Notes: generated by a model from the sequence alone, not told the origin. A stretch of DNA of 31,088 bases from a virus (IMGVR_UViG_3300005805_000305:1-31088), one strand, 5' to 3'; shown: positions 1-13,255, counted from the stretch's first letter. A program made the numbers and translations.

Positions 1-1268
1 TTCAACACAGAAAAAGGAAGAACAGAAAGTTTGCGGAACGCATCTTCGCCGTTACCTATGACCACTATGCGCTTTACTTTGCTGGACTTCATGCAATCAG
101 CCACAGCGTTCACCAAACCATCAACGTTTGATTTAAACGGTATTACCACCGTCACAGAACTTTGCGCATTTTGATAAAAGAACAAATTGTCCTTCAATCT
201 TTGGTCATCAGGAGCATGAGACAACGCCAACTTGCCTTGCAACACTGCTTGTTCGTAGTGTCCAAGGCGATACGAGGCAATTGCCAATAAATCATGCGGC
301 GACCATCCCCACGAATGAGCTTCGGTGAGATACAACTGTCCACGGTCGGCAACCTGCAAGCAACGCCACGCGGCCCAATAGCAACCCATCCAGTTCTTTT
401 CGTCGTGGTAATGCTGGGCTAAATCATGCCAGATTTCTCGGCCCCACGGATATTCAGCACACCCGCGCAAAAGCCACCATTCGCGCTCAGAAGGCACCTG
501 CTTGGCGATATACCGCATTGAGTATCCACGCTCCGGTGCCCACCATGACGTTGGCATGGTGATGTGGCGTTTAAACAACTTGACAGACTCTTCGGTTCTG
601 CCGTGATACATGAGTTCACGCGCCGCATAGTACGTGTTTCTATCGTTCTCTGGATTTTCTTCAAGGTCTTGCAACAACAAAGGCAAATACTGACCGCGCG
701 ACTTTGTGTTATCTGCAAAATGATAGATACGAAGATTACAAAAAGCTTGCGATTCTGTATGTGGTGGTTGGGTTACGTTTACCTCATGAACAGCATTGAC
801 CCAACGATGAGAAAAGCGCCGCGTTATCTTGTCGCCGTGGTACTGCAAGCCAGGCTTACCTGAAGCGATGGTTCCGGCAACGTCAATCTGGCCGTTCTCG
901 TCGTAAACGTAGGACTCCCAGTTCCAGCAATAATTGTATCTAGGGCGATTTACCGACCCGTCGTTTGGCACGACCTCGAGCGCCGCGCGCCACCCGTCAC
1001 CAAGAACCTCATCAACATCAAGGTTGATTATCCAGTCAATGTCATCAGGGAGTTGGTCAAGAAGTGTATTGCGAGCCCTAGCGAAATGCCAAGGGTCAAT
1101 CGTTGCGTGAAGGACAGTAACTCCACACTTTTGCGCAAGTGCCACAGAATCATCCGTAGAGCCAGTATCAAGGAGGAAGCGATAATCAGCGTCTTTGCAA
1201 GATTCAGCCCAACGTTCAATGTGCCCGCTTTCGTTCTTGCAGATGGAAACAACAGCAATTTTACTCAT
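1..1268 (-). CDS. GT2-family glycosyltransferase with TPR-like helical region and start of a second GT-A-like domain (3' end outside window)
   Basis: Not in the ORF track because no stop lies in the window. Manual translation from ATG at 1268: MSKIAVVSICKNESGHIERWAESCKDADYRFLLDTGSTDDSV...PWHFARARNTLL...WIINLDVDEVL...HRWVNAVHE...NDRNTYYAARELMYHG...DDQRLKDNLFFY, then VTVVIPFKSN...RIVVIGNG. DTGSTD, DxDE and VHE are GT2 motifs. Confidence 0.88.
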   Translation of the reverse strand, partial: MSKIAVVSICKNESGHIERWAESCKDADYRFLLDTGSTDDSVALAQKCGVTVLHATIDPWHFARARNTLLDQLPDDIDWIINLDVDEVLGDGWRAALEVVPNDGSVNRPRYNYCWNWESYVYDENGQIDVAGTIASGKPGLQYHGDKITRRFSHRWVNAVHEVNVTQPPHTESQAFCNLRIYHFADNTKSRGQYLPLLLQDLEENPENDRNTYYAARELMYHGRTEESVKLFKRHITMPTSWWAPERGYSMRYIAKQVPSEREWWLLRGCAEYPWGREIWHDLAQHYHDEKNWMGCYWAAWRCLQVADRGQLYLTEAHSWGWSPHDLLAIASYRLGHYEQAVLQGKLALSHAPDDQRLKDNLFFYQNAQSSVTVVIPFKSNVDGLVNAVADCMKSSKVKRIVVIGNGEDAFRKLSVLPFSVL

Positions 1269-1363
1269 TGCTTGCTCCAAAGGATGACAATACATGACAA
1301 AAGAGTCATGACAATAATTCCAAGACCAAAAGACGATGGGTCAAACTGCCAGCACGCAATCAT
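1265..1363 (-). CDS. 32-aa single-TM membrane peptide
   Basis: MIACWQFDPSSFGLGIIVMTLLSCIVILWSKQ; ATGA overlaps with both neighbouring genes. Confidence 0.65.
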   Translation of the reverse strand: MIACWQFDPSSFGLGIIVMTLLSCIVILWSKQ

Positions 1364-1548
1364 TTGGAGCCTTCTTCAGTAGAACGCGCGCCGCAATCTT
1401 CCTGGTTTTGTAATTCCATCACGGCATTACGGTAATCATCCCAATACTCAGGGGAATCCAATACGAACTCTGATTCGTCAGCTAACCATTCTTCTTCCCA
1501 TGGTGCTAGATAATCAAAACGTTCTTTGCTTTCAGGTATGTCGCTCAT
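1360..1548 (-). CDS. acidic hypothetical protein (62 aa)
   Basis: GGAG RBS upstream of the ATG; ATGA coupling to the next gene. Confidence 0.7.
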   Translation of the reverse strand: MSDIPESKERFDYLAPWEEEWLADESEFVLDSPEYWDDYRNAVMELQNQEDCGARSTEEGSK

Positions 1549-1589
1549 GTTTTCTCCATTGCTGGGTTGTCGTTTTTACCAGCAAGTTA

Positions 1590-1598
1590 ACTATAACA
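1590..1598 (-). promoter_or_regulatory. extended -10 promoter (TGtTATAGT) for the leftward operon
   Basis: TGn-TATAGT about 40 nt upstream of the 1548 start. Confidence 0.45.
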
Positions 1599-1657
1599 CC
1601 TATCACAACAAAATGGTGCAACTATGCAAAAAAGTTTTGTGATTGTGAAAACCCTTC

Positions 1658-1707
1658 ATACTATATGTAGTGGCTAGACAGCATTGGTCACATACTATAT
1701 GTAGTGG
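1658..1707. promoter_or_regulatory. tandem NrdR-box-like sites
   Basis: Identical ATACTATATGTAGTGG at 1658-1673 and 1692-1707; 13/16 match to the NrdR palindrome acaCwAtATaTwGtgt. Confidence 0.5.
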
Positions 1708-2302
1708 TACAGAAAATACTACAAACGCACAGAAAAGGATGGAAAATTAGTGAAGAAATGCACGTGAAGGAAAATTAAATGAGAAAAAGGCAAAAAGACG
1801 CTGTATCGACAGCCCGCGCTTGCTTTTTTTTACTTTCTGCTTGCAATAGTTAGCACTTCACTGTGTGTGGTTATTTGTATTGTTTTAACTACTGTGTGTG
1901 GCCGCTTGCATGCCCGCACACGTGCAAACTTACACAAACAAAGCAACATTGGCCGCCAAACCACGAACTGTAATTATCTTACTTGCTTTATCCACGCTGC
2001 CATACATGCATAAAGCAACCAAGCAAAACATAAATTGGGGGAGTCATCTTGGTGTACATGGCGCGAAAACACCAAGAGACTCGAGCGTGGTGAAGCTCAC
2101 GCTTTTTACCCCGAGCACACAACGTACTGTGTCGCCACATGATAAGAAACGACTACATACGTATATGTGCTATGGACATTTATCGTATCACATGTGTTGT
2201 ACTACGTGGTGTACGTGTATATATGACCGAAGGTAGTTGTTACATATACACATATAGCCATACAGCAATGCAATAACGCAATACATATACGCATGTACAT
2301 AC

Positions 2303-2342
2303 ACCACCGACCCACCCCTACCCCAGGGCCCCCGGGTACCCC
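2303..2342 (-). other. G-quadruplex-capable G-run cluster, candidate terminus/packaging-associated site
   Basis: Minus strand reads GGGGTACCCGGGGGCCCTGGGGTAGGGGTGGG, at the end of a purine-pyrimidine-alternating non-coding tract. Confidence 0.35.
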
Positions 2343-2438
2343 AAATTTACTGTATACAAAGGCTAGGGAGCCGTGGATTACAACTTTACATTTTGCTAGT
2401 GGCGTACGGTCTTTTTTTTAAGTACCGTTATCTATTTA

Positions 2439-2915
2439 TTATTCACTTACCCATTTCCAAGTTATTTTCAATTTCACTTGTCTAATGGTTGACTTGTCAA
2501 CATTAAATTGTTTTGCTAATTCTCTAATTGTTTTATCTGATTTTCGTATAAATCTAACTGCTTCTTCTGTAAGTTTTGCACTTCGTATTTCTTCGCCTTT
2601 TGGTTGACGGTTTTTGGCTATTTTATCGTTGATATTGTCAAGGTTTGTGCCCAGGAACAGATGACTTGGGTTCATGCAATTGCGTACGTCGCAACGATGC
2701 AGTACGTCAAGCCCTTCTGGTATTTCGCCGTTGAATGCGCGCCATGAGAAGCGGTGTCCTCGTTCAGACACTGGTTTACCGTTTTTAATCGTTTTCATCT
2801 TTGCGTACCCTCTATTGCCGGTCGTTGGCTTTTTTAACCAACAGCCTCTATCAGGGTCCACCACGATGTTGTCAAATACTCGTTGTTGTAAGGGTTTTGT
2901 GCGCCGTGTAGTCAT
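2439..2915 (-). CDS. HNH homing endonuclease with C-terminal HTH
   Basis: GCWL...GY...HRFSW...GEIPEGLDVLHRCDVRNCMNPSHLFLGTNLDN; C-terminal SAKLTEEAVRFIR...LAKQFNV. Confidence 0.93.
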   Translation of the reverse strand: MTTRRTKPLQQRVFDNIVVDPDRGCWLKKPTTGNRGYAKMKTIKNGKPVSERGHRFSWRAFNGEIPEGLDVLHRCDVRNCMNPSHLFLGTNLDNINDKIAKNRQPKGEEIRSAKLTEEAVRFIRKSDKTIRELAKQFNVDKSTIRQVKLKITWKWVSE

Positions 2916-2937
2916 GTAAGTATACTATCATGCTTCC
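2916..2937. promoter_or_regulatory. overlapping divergent -10 boxes for leaderless HNH and whiB mRNAs
   Basis: Plus: TATCAT(2926-2931)-N6-ATG(2938). Minus: TAGTAT(2927-2922)-N6-ATG(2915). No SD for either gene. Confidence 0.55.
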
Positions 2938-3234
2938 ATGGGAAATTATGCATGGATGGAAAAAGCTGCCTGCAAAGGTATGACTCATATTATGTTTCCT
3001 CGTTACTTCAACGATAAGACGTACGACAAAGAAGCAAAAAAAATTTGTGAGAAATGTTCTGTCAAAAAGAATTGTTTGGAATACGCATTAGAATTTCCAC
3101 CACAAGATATGGCTGGTGTTTGGGGCGGGCTCACACCTGCTCAGTTGATGAGAGAACAGAGTCGCAGAAAAATTAAACCAGTACGTCCTACGGTGGCAAT
3201 GCAGATTGAAAATTACCGAAAGGGTAAGTCTTAA
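2938..3234 (+). CDS. whiB: WhiB-family Fe-S transcription factor
   Basis: W...AAC...AKKICEKCSVKKNCLEYAL...GVWGGLT: four Cys plus the GVWGG turn. Confidence 0.95.
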   Translation: MGNYAWMEKAACKGMTHIMFPRYFNDKTYDKEAKKICEKCSVKKNCLEYALEFPPQDMAGVWGGLTPAQLMREQSRRKIKPVRPTVAMQIENYRKGKS

Positions 3235-3656
3235 CCTCACGCTAGTTGGGGCGCTCATGAGCGCGCCCCGCTCGCTTCGCTCGCCCCCCTGCTCTAGTGC
3301 GCTTGGCGGCTCTCCCTGCTCCAGCTCTCCTTGCTCCCGCCAAACACACGAGGTGAAGAGTTTTTTTACCCAACTTTTCTTGACCACAACCAACCACGAA
3401 AAGCCCCTGGGGCAGCGATAATCAATGTAAACATTGACCAGGTGAGAGCTACACTTTCCTCAACCGATTTTACGGATTTGTGTTCAATAATTTTTAAACG
3501 CGGCAAGACGACGCCCTTTAACGGCCTGTTCCCATCAGTTATATGCCGAGTGCAGATGGCACCCGGTTTCCCTGGTTGGGCTCGCGCATGTCGACTAGCG
3601 GTCACTGCCACCGTGTACTAGGTGGTGGGATTATCGGCACCCACTGCCATCTGAAA
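3234..3656 (-). ncRNA. putative ~420-nt structured non-coding RNA of unrecognised family
   Basis: Several helices found by eye whose mismatches become G-U pairs only on the minus strand; GAAA tetraloop; 6-bp loop pseudoknot; upstream phage promoter motif; no credible ORF. Confidence 0.6.
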
Positions 3657-3660
3657 TTGC

Positions 3661-3685
3661 TTCTACATAATGCCATAACCATTAC
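3661..3685 (-). promoter_or_regulatory. phage promoter motif (variant, spacer 1 bp shorter) pointing into the putative ncRNA
   Basis: Minus strand GTAATGGTTATGGCATTATGTAGAA versus consensus GTAAYGRAWT-N8-ATRTAG. Confidence 0.55.
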
Positions 3686-3699
3686 ATGTTTTGGCGCAT

Positions 3700-3787
3700 C
3701 TTTTGGTTAACAGAAGGTTAACTTTTGGTTAACAGAAGGTTAACAAATTGTTTCGGGAATGTTTCGTAATTATTACAGTTATGTTAC
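3700..3787. repeat. 22-bp tandem duplication within an 8-unit, 11-bp-phased operator-like array
   Basis: CTTTTGGTTAACAGAAGGTTAA x2 (3700-3743). Cores GTTAA at 3706, 3717, 3728, 3739; GTTTC at 3750, 3761; ATTAC at 3772; GTTAC at 3783. Confidence 0.8.
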
Positions 3788-3861
3788 AATCGATAGTGCT
3801 CTTGGGTAGTGATACCTCTGCTTTGCAAAACGTGGCAAGATGGGAGAGCACAAGTTTTCAT

Positions 3862-3887
3862 GTAATGGATTCTTGTTTAATATAGGG
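3862..3887 (+). promoter_or_regulatory. phage late promoter motif upstream of terS-like gene
   Basis: GTAATGGATTCTTGTTTAATATAGGG, one of five colinear plus-strand copies. Confidence 0.7.
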
Positions 3888-3916
3888 ACTTTATCTCTAG
3901 TCGGAGAATCGAACGA

Positions 3917-4351
3917 ATGGCAAAAGAGTCACTGCTTTTAAGCGCAGAACAAGAAGAGTATTTGGCGTGGTTGCTTACGCCTGAAACTCAGCGTGTTCCG
4001 TTGCTGAAAAAGGAATGGGCAGCAGCGCACGACATTCACCAAAACACGTTGACAAATTGGGAAAAGAAAAAGAATTTCATCGAGAGATGGCGAATGGGGA
4101 TTGAAGGATTAAACCAATCTCCGGAAAGAACACAAAAATTGCTGGATGCGCTTTATGACAAAGGCTTGGATGGCGACGTTCGTTCAGCCGAGCTGTACTT
4201 GAAGGCAACTGGCAACATGCCGGAAAAAACTTTGAACATTAAAAACGAAACCACGGTCAAAGACATCAGCGACGACGAATTGGAAAAAATGATTTTGGAA
4301 TTAAGCAATAAACAAAAAAGCAATATCGTGGCGTTGAAGGATATTTCTTAG
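3917..4351 (+). CDS. HTH protein, probable terminase small subunit (phBC6A51-like HTH)
   Basis: EQEEYLAWLLTP...EWAAAHDIHQNTLTNWEKK; LLDALYDKGLDGDVRSAELYL; C-terminal DISDDELEKMI; GGAG RBS; first gene of the late operon. Confidence 0.7.
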   Translation: MAKESLLLSAEQEEYLAWLLTPETQRVPLLKKEWAAAHDIHQNTLTNWEKKKNFIERWRMGIEGLNQSPERTQKLLDALYDKGLDGDVRSAELYLKATGNMPEKTLNIKNETTVKDISDDELEKMILELSNKQKSNIVALKDIS

Positions 4352-4685
4352 TGCGCGCTGTTTGGTCGGCTCCGAATTCCAACGCGTTGCAAGGTCGCAG
4401 CAACGTCGATTGGGTACGCATTAACAGCACTTTGAAAGCTCAGTTGACGAAACTGCAAGACCAACTGTTGTTAGAACACCAACAGGAAGACGCCGTATCT
4501 GGCGGCGATTCCGCGTCCATTCAATTCCACTACCTATTGCGTGCTGACACCACGGCGATGAGCTCGTCCACCGTCGTGACGGGTCAATCGTTTGACGCCA
4601 ACGAAGGAGCGACGGGTTCCGCCAATACGAACTTTGGTTTGTACGAAACACGCCGCGACTTCCGCAACCCGGGCAGAGGTATGGG

Positions 4686-4689
<4 letters not shown>
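4351..4689 (+). CDS. hypothetical protein, possibly virion/fibre-associated
   Basis: GTG start overlaps the upstream TAG; ATGA coupling to the HNH gene. Confidence 0.7.
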
Positions 4690-9760
<5,071 letters not shown>

Positions 9761-9765
9761 CGACA

Positions 9766-10290
9766 ATGGCAATTGACTTTCCTTCATCTCCGACACCAGG
9801 ACAAGTATTTACTGATGGCGACCATACGTGGGTATGGAGTTCAACGACTGGCGTAGTTGGTGCATGGAAACTTCAGGTTCAAACAATTGTTGGTCCCACG
9901 GGTCCAACAGGTCCTTCTGGTGGTCCCACTGGACCTACTGGTGCCACTGGTGCGACTGGTGCTACTGGCGCTTCTGGTCAATGGAATACAGCACAAACAA
10001 TTGATAACAAAACAGCTTCATACACAGCAGTAAGCGGAGATGCAGGAAAACTCATAACAATGACCGTTGGTAGCGCAAATAACTTTACGGTCAACACCAC
10101 GACTGCTCTTTCTGCTGGACAAAGAATTGACATTATTCAGAATGGAGCTGGACAAACAACAGTTGTGGCAACTGGTGTAACGATTAACTCAACTCCAACA
10201 TTAAAACTTCGTGCACAGTATTCAGCAGCAACTTTAATTTGTACTGGAACAAACACATACGTATTGGTTGGCGACCTGGCGGCTTCGTAA
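9766..10290 (+). CDS. short fibre/adaptor protein with mini-collagen and C-terminal LKLRAQYS domain
   Basis: MAIDFPSSP..GQVF N-terminal module, GPT triplets, C-terminus paralogous to 22640-23239. Confidence 0.82.
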   Translation: MAIDFPSSPTPGQVFTDGDHTWVWSSTTGVVGAWKLQVQTIVGPTGPTGPSGGPTGPTGATGATGATGASGQWNTAQTIDNKTASYTAVSGDAGKLITMTVGSANNFTVNTTTALSAGQRIDIIQNGAGQTTVVATGVTINSTPTLKLRAQYSAATLICTGTNTYVLVGDLAAS

Positions 10291-11171
10291 TGCCATCAAC
10301 CATCGGTGTACTAGGCGGAGGAATTTTAGGTCCATTTACCGTTGACTTTCTTGTCGTTGCTGGCGGAGGTGGAGGTGGAAACGATGAACGCGGCGGTGGC
10401 GGTGGCGGTGCTGGCGGAGTTCGTTCTTCTGTTGCTTCAACTGGTGGAACTGGGTCTACTGAATCATCACTGTTTTTATCTGGCGGAAGAACTTACACAG
10501 CAACAGTTGGTGATGGAGGACCAGGTTGTTCTCTTGCTCAAGACAGTGGAAACGGATACAACTCTGTTTTTTTTACAGTAACTTCTTTAGGCGGTGGACG
10601 CGGTGGTGGAGACTCTGACCTTGGAAGCATCAATGGTGATGATTCAATCAGAAACGTTGTTGGCTCTGGTGGTGGCGGAAGAGGAAGACTTAGTGCACAG
10701 GGAGTTGGTGGTCTTGGAACACTAAACCAAGGAAGAGATGGTGGAAATGGTTCAAACACTGGAAACGGAGGCGGAGGCGGTGGTGGTGCTGGCGCAAATG
10801 GTTCAAATGGAACTTCTACTGGTGGAGGAAATGGCGGAAATGGTGTTTCAAATGACATAACTGAAACTTCCGTAACCTACGGCGGTGGTGGTGGCGGTGC
10901 AGGTTTTACAACAGCCGGAAATGGTGGCTCTGGTGGCGGAGGAAATGGATATGGATTTTCTGGCACAGCAAATACCGGAGGTGGTGGCGGTGCAGAAAGA
11001 GCAGATATAGGAACTGGTGGAAATGGTGGCAGCGGAATCGTGGTCCTCAGATACCCAGACACACTGACTGCAGTAATTGGAGCTGGATTAACAGGAACAG
11101 AATCTTCACCATCAGGTGGATTTAAACGAGTGACTCTTACTGACGGTACCGGTCAGTTAAGTTGGAAGTAA
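10290..11171 (+). CDS. glycine-rich (polyglycine) virion protein / putative adhesin
   Basis: Start placed at the TAATG overlap (MPSTIGV...). VDFLVVAGGGGGG...TVGDGG...SVTYGGGGGG...ANTGGGGG...GGSGIVVLRYP is a typical phage Gly-rich domain. Confidence 0.85.
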   Translation: MPSTIGVLGGGILGPFTVDFLVVAGGGGGGNDERGGGGGGAGGVRSSVASTGGTGSTESSLFLSGGRTYTATVGDGGPGCSLAQDSGNGYNSVFFTVTSLGGGRGGGDSDLGSINGDDSIRNVVGSGGGGRGRLSAQGVGGLGTLNQGRDGGNGSNTGNGGGGGGGAGANGSNGTSTGGGNGGNGVSNDITETSVTYGGGGGGAGFTTAGNGGSGGGGNGYGFSGTANTGGGGGAERADIGTGGNGGSGIVVLRYPDTLTAVIGAGLTGTESSPSGGFKRVTLTDGTGQLSWK

Positions 11172-11173
11172 AC

Positions 11174-12763
11174 ATGGAATTCAACGAACTTGTTAACGAA
11201 TACAATTTTCGTAAATGCCGTGGCAAAGAGGATTCTGGCGTAGAAGAATTACTAGAAGCTTTTGAATTCTTTTGCGCTAACTACGTTTACATAAAACATC
11301 CATCGCGAGGAAGAATAAAACTGGTTCTTCGCCCAGCACAAATACAAACAGTTCGTGCATGGTTAAGCGAACGCAACACCATTGTTCTTAAAGCACGTCA
11401 GATTGGATTTTCTACTTTGGCTGCTGCGTTTGCATTCTGGCTTACATTTTTTTGGCCAGACCGCTTTGTTGTCATGTTGTCAAAAACAGAACGCGAAGCA
11501 ACAAAGCTTTTGTCAAAGTCTAAGTACATCTATAAATATCTGCCATTGTGGATGCGTCAAAGCGGCCCAGAGCTTTTGCAAAACAACGTGTTGAAGATGG
11601 TTTTTGAAAACGATTCAACAATTGAATCATTGCCGTCAGCAAACGAACCTGCTCGTGGTGAGTCGGTTTACTTGGCCATCATTGACGAAATGGCGTTCTT
11701 GCCCAACCCAGAAGAAGCGTGGGCGTCAATTGAGCCGATTGCAGACGTTGGCGGTCGGGTCATATGCATGTCCACGGCCAAAGGCGAAGGCAACATTTTC
11801 TACAACCTGTGGATGGGCTCACAGAACGGCACAAACCGATTTAAGGGCATCTTTTTTCCGTGGTCGGCAAATCAAGACCGTGACCAAGCATGGTACGACG
11901 CGCAAGCCCAAGAACTTCCTTCGTGGCAATTGCACCAGGAATACCCGTCCAATCCCGAGGAAGCGTTTATTCGTTCTGGTCGTCCCGTTTTTGATATCGA
12001 TGCGCTCAGACTTCAAAAACCAGAAGATGGCAAAAGCGGAATTAACAAAAAGTTAAGCGACGTACCAAACTCATTTATGTTTGAGTCGTCTGGTGGTCCA
12101 TTAACAATTTGGCAGTTGCCAATGTTTGGCACCGTGTATGCAATTGGAGCTGACGTTGCTGAGGGTCTTGCTCGTGGCGACTATTCGTCTGCCCACGTTA
12201 TTGATGCCAAAAGTGGAACGATTGTTGCGCATTGGCACGGCCATGTTGACCCTGATAAATTTGGCGAAGTTTTGTACGCTTTGGGTCACTTCTACAACGA
12301 AGCCCTGATTGGTGTGGAATCAAACAACCACGGTCTTACAACTCTTACTTCCTTGAACAAAGCCAATTACACCAATCTTTACCGTCAACGTCGCTTGAGT
12401 ATGCGGAATGCAGAACAAACAGAACAGTTGGGTTGGAAAACAACGAGTCTTACCAAACCACTTGCAATTGACGAACTTAACGCTTCAATACGTGATGGTG
12501 TTTTAAAAATACTTTGCGAAAAGACTATTCAAGAACTTAAAACCTTTGTTCGCGATGATGCTGGCCACATGCATGGCTCACCCCACGACGACCGAGTTAT
12601 GAGTCTGGCTATAGCTAACCAGATGCTTAAGTACGTCTGGTTGCCTGAATACCGACCCAAGACAGATGCCCCATTTGGGACGTTAAACTATTTCGCTAAA
12701 TTTGTCCAAAAACCCAAGCAGGAACGAGCCAGGTACTTTATCGGCGAGTTCAATGCGTACTAG
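11174..12763 (+). CDS. terL: terminase large subunit
   Basis: Walker A KARQIGFST, Walker B AIIDEMAF, coupling motif MSTAKG, nuclease IGADVAEG...DYS...HDDRVMS. Confidence 0.96.
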   Translation: MEFNELVNEYNFRKCRGKEDSGVEELLEAFEFFCANYVYIKHPSRGRIKLVLRPAQIQTVRAWLSERNTIVLKARQIGFSTLAAAFAFWLTFFWPDRFVVMLSKTEREATKLLSKSKYIYKYLPLWMRQSGPELLQNNVLKMVFENDSTIESLPSANEPARGESVYLAIIDEMAFLPNPEEAWASIEPIADVGGRVICMSTAKGEGNIFYNLWMGSQNGTNRFKGIFFPWSANQDRDQAWYDAQAQELPSWQLHQEYPSNPEEAFIRSGRPVFDIDALRLQKPEDGKSGINKKLSDVPNSFMFESSGGPLTIWQLPMFGTVYAIGADVAEGLARGDYSSAHVIDAKSGTIVAHWHGHVDPDKFGEVLYALGHFYNEALIGVESNNHGLTTLTSLNKANYTNLYRQRRLSMRNAEQTEQLGWKTTSLTKPLAIDELNASIRDGVLKILCEKTIQELKTFVRDDAGHMHGSPHDDRVMSLAIANQMLKYVWLPEYRPKTDAPFGTLNYFAKFVQKPKQERARYFIGEFNAY

Positions 12764-12776
12764 ACTGTATATCAAT

Positions 12777-13241
12777 ATGAGCAGAAAAAAGCCAAACGAC
12801 AGATTTGACGCAAAGGTTGACAAAAGTAGCGAAAACGGATGCCACATTTGGATTGGTGGAAAAGTCGCCGGAGGCTACGGACACTTCCGTCTTAACAAAA
12901 AAATGATATCTGCCCATAGATATTCATTTATACGAACAAAAGGACCAATACCCGACGGGATGATGGTATGTCACTCTTGTTACAACAATTCTTGCGTAAA
13001 TCCTGAACATTTGTTCGTTGACACTCATGCCAACAACATGAAACGAATGAAAGAAGACGGACGTTTGGCAAAAGGCGAAAACCATGGGGCTTCAAAACTT
13101 AATGATGCAAAGGTCAAGTATGTGCGCAAACTTTATCGAGAAGGCTTGTCAATAAAGGATATAGCCAAAATGCATAACGTCAATCCAGTGACCATATCCA
13201 AGGTCATCAGCGGCCAACGATGGTCGCATGTAACGGATTGA
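12777..13241 (+). CDS. HNH homing endonuclease with C-terminal HTH
   Basis: RFDAKVDK...GCHIW...GYGHF...AHRYSF...VCHSCYNNSCVNPEHL; GENHGASKLNDAKV. Confidence 0.92.
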   Translation: MSRKKPNDRFDAKVDKSSENGCHIWIGGKVAGGYGHFRLNKKMISAHRYSFIRTKGPIPDGMMVCHSCYNNSCVNPEHLFVDTHANNMKRMKEDGRLAKGENHGASKLNDAKVKYVRKLYREGLSIKDIAKMHNVNPVTISKVISGQRWSHVTD

Positions 13242-13255
13242 GCATTTATATAGAG
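13230..13255 (+). promoter_or_regulatory. phage late promoter motif overlapping the HNH 3' end
   Basis: GTAACGGATTGAGCATTTATATAGAG. Confidence 0.7.

Noticed and set aside
419-1382. ORF-track calls 419-718, 564-863, 1028-1258, 1053-1382
   Set aside because: All overlap the real minus-strand glycosyltransferase frame.
1898-2236. 112-aa ORF in the RY-rich tract
   Set aside because: Composition (Cys/Thr/His/Tyr/Met-rich) reflects dinucleotide alternation; no RBS.
3452-3461. GAGGAAAGU on minus, resembling the RNase P RNA P4 5' strand
   Set aside because: Continues GU rather than CC, and I found no matching 3' AGAA...GCUUA element.
3088-3621. ORFs 3088-3393(-), 3206-3421(+), 3331-3621(+), 3366-3611(-)
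   Set aside because: They overlap each other or whiB, lack convincing RBSs and look non-protein-like; base-pairing explains the region better.
1657-3787. Short direct repeats as a CRISPR array
   Set aside because: Only two copies each, no unique ~30-nt spacers, and no cas genes.
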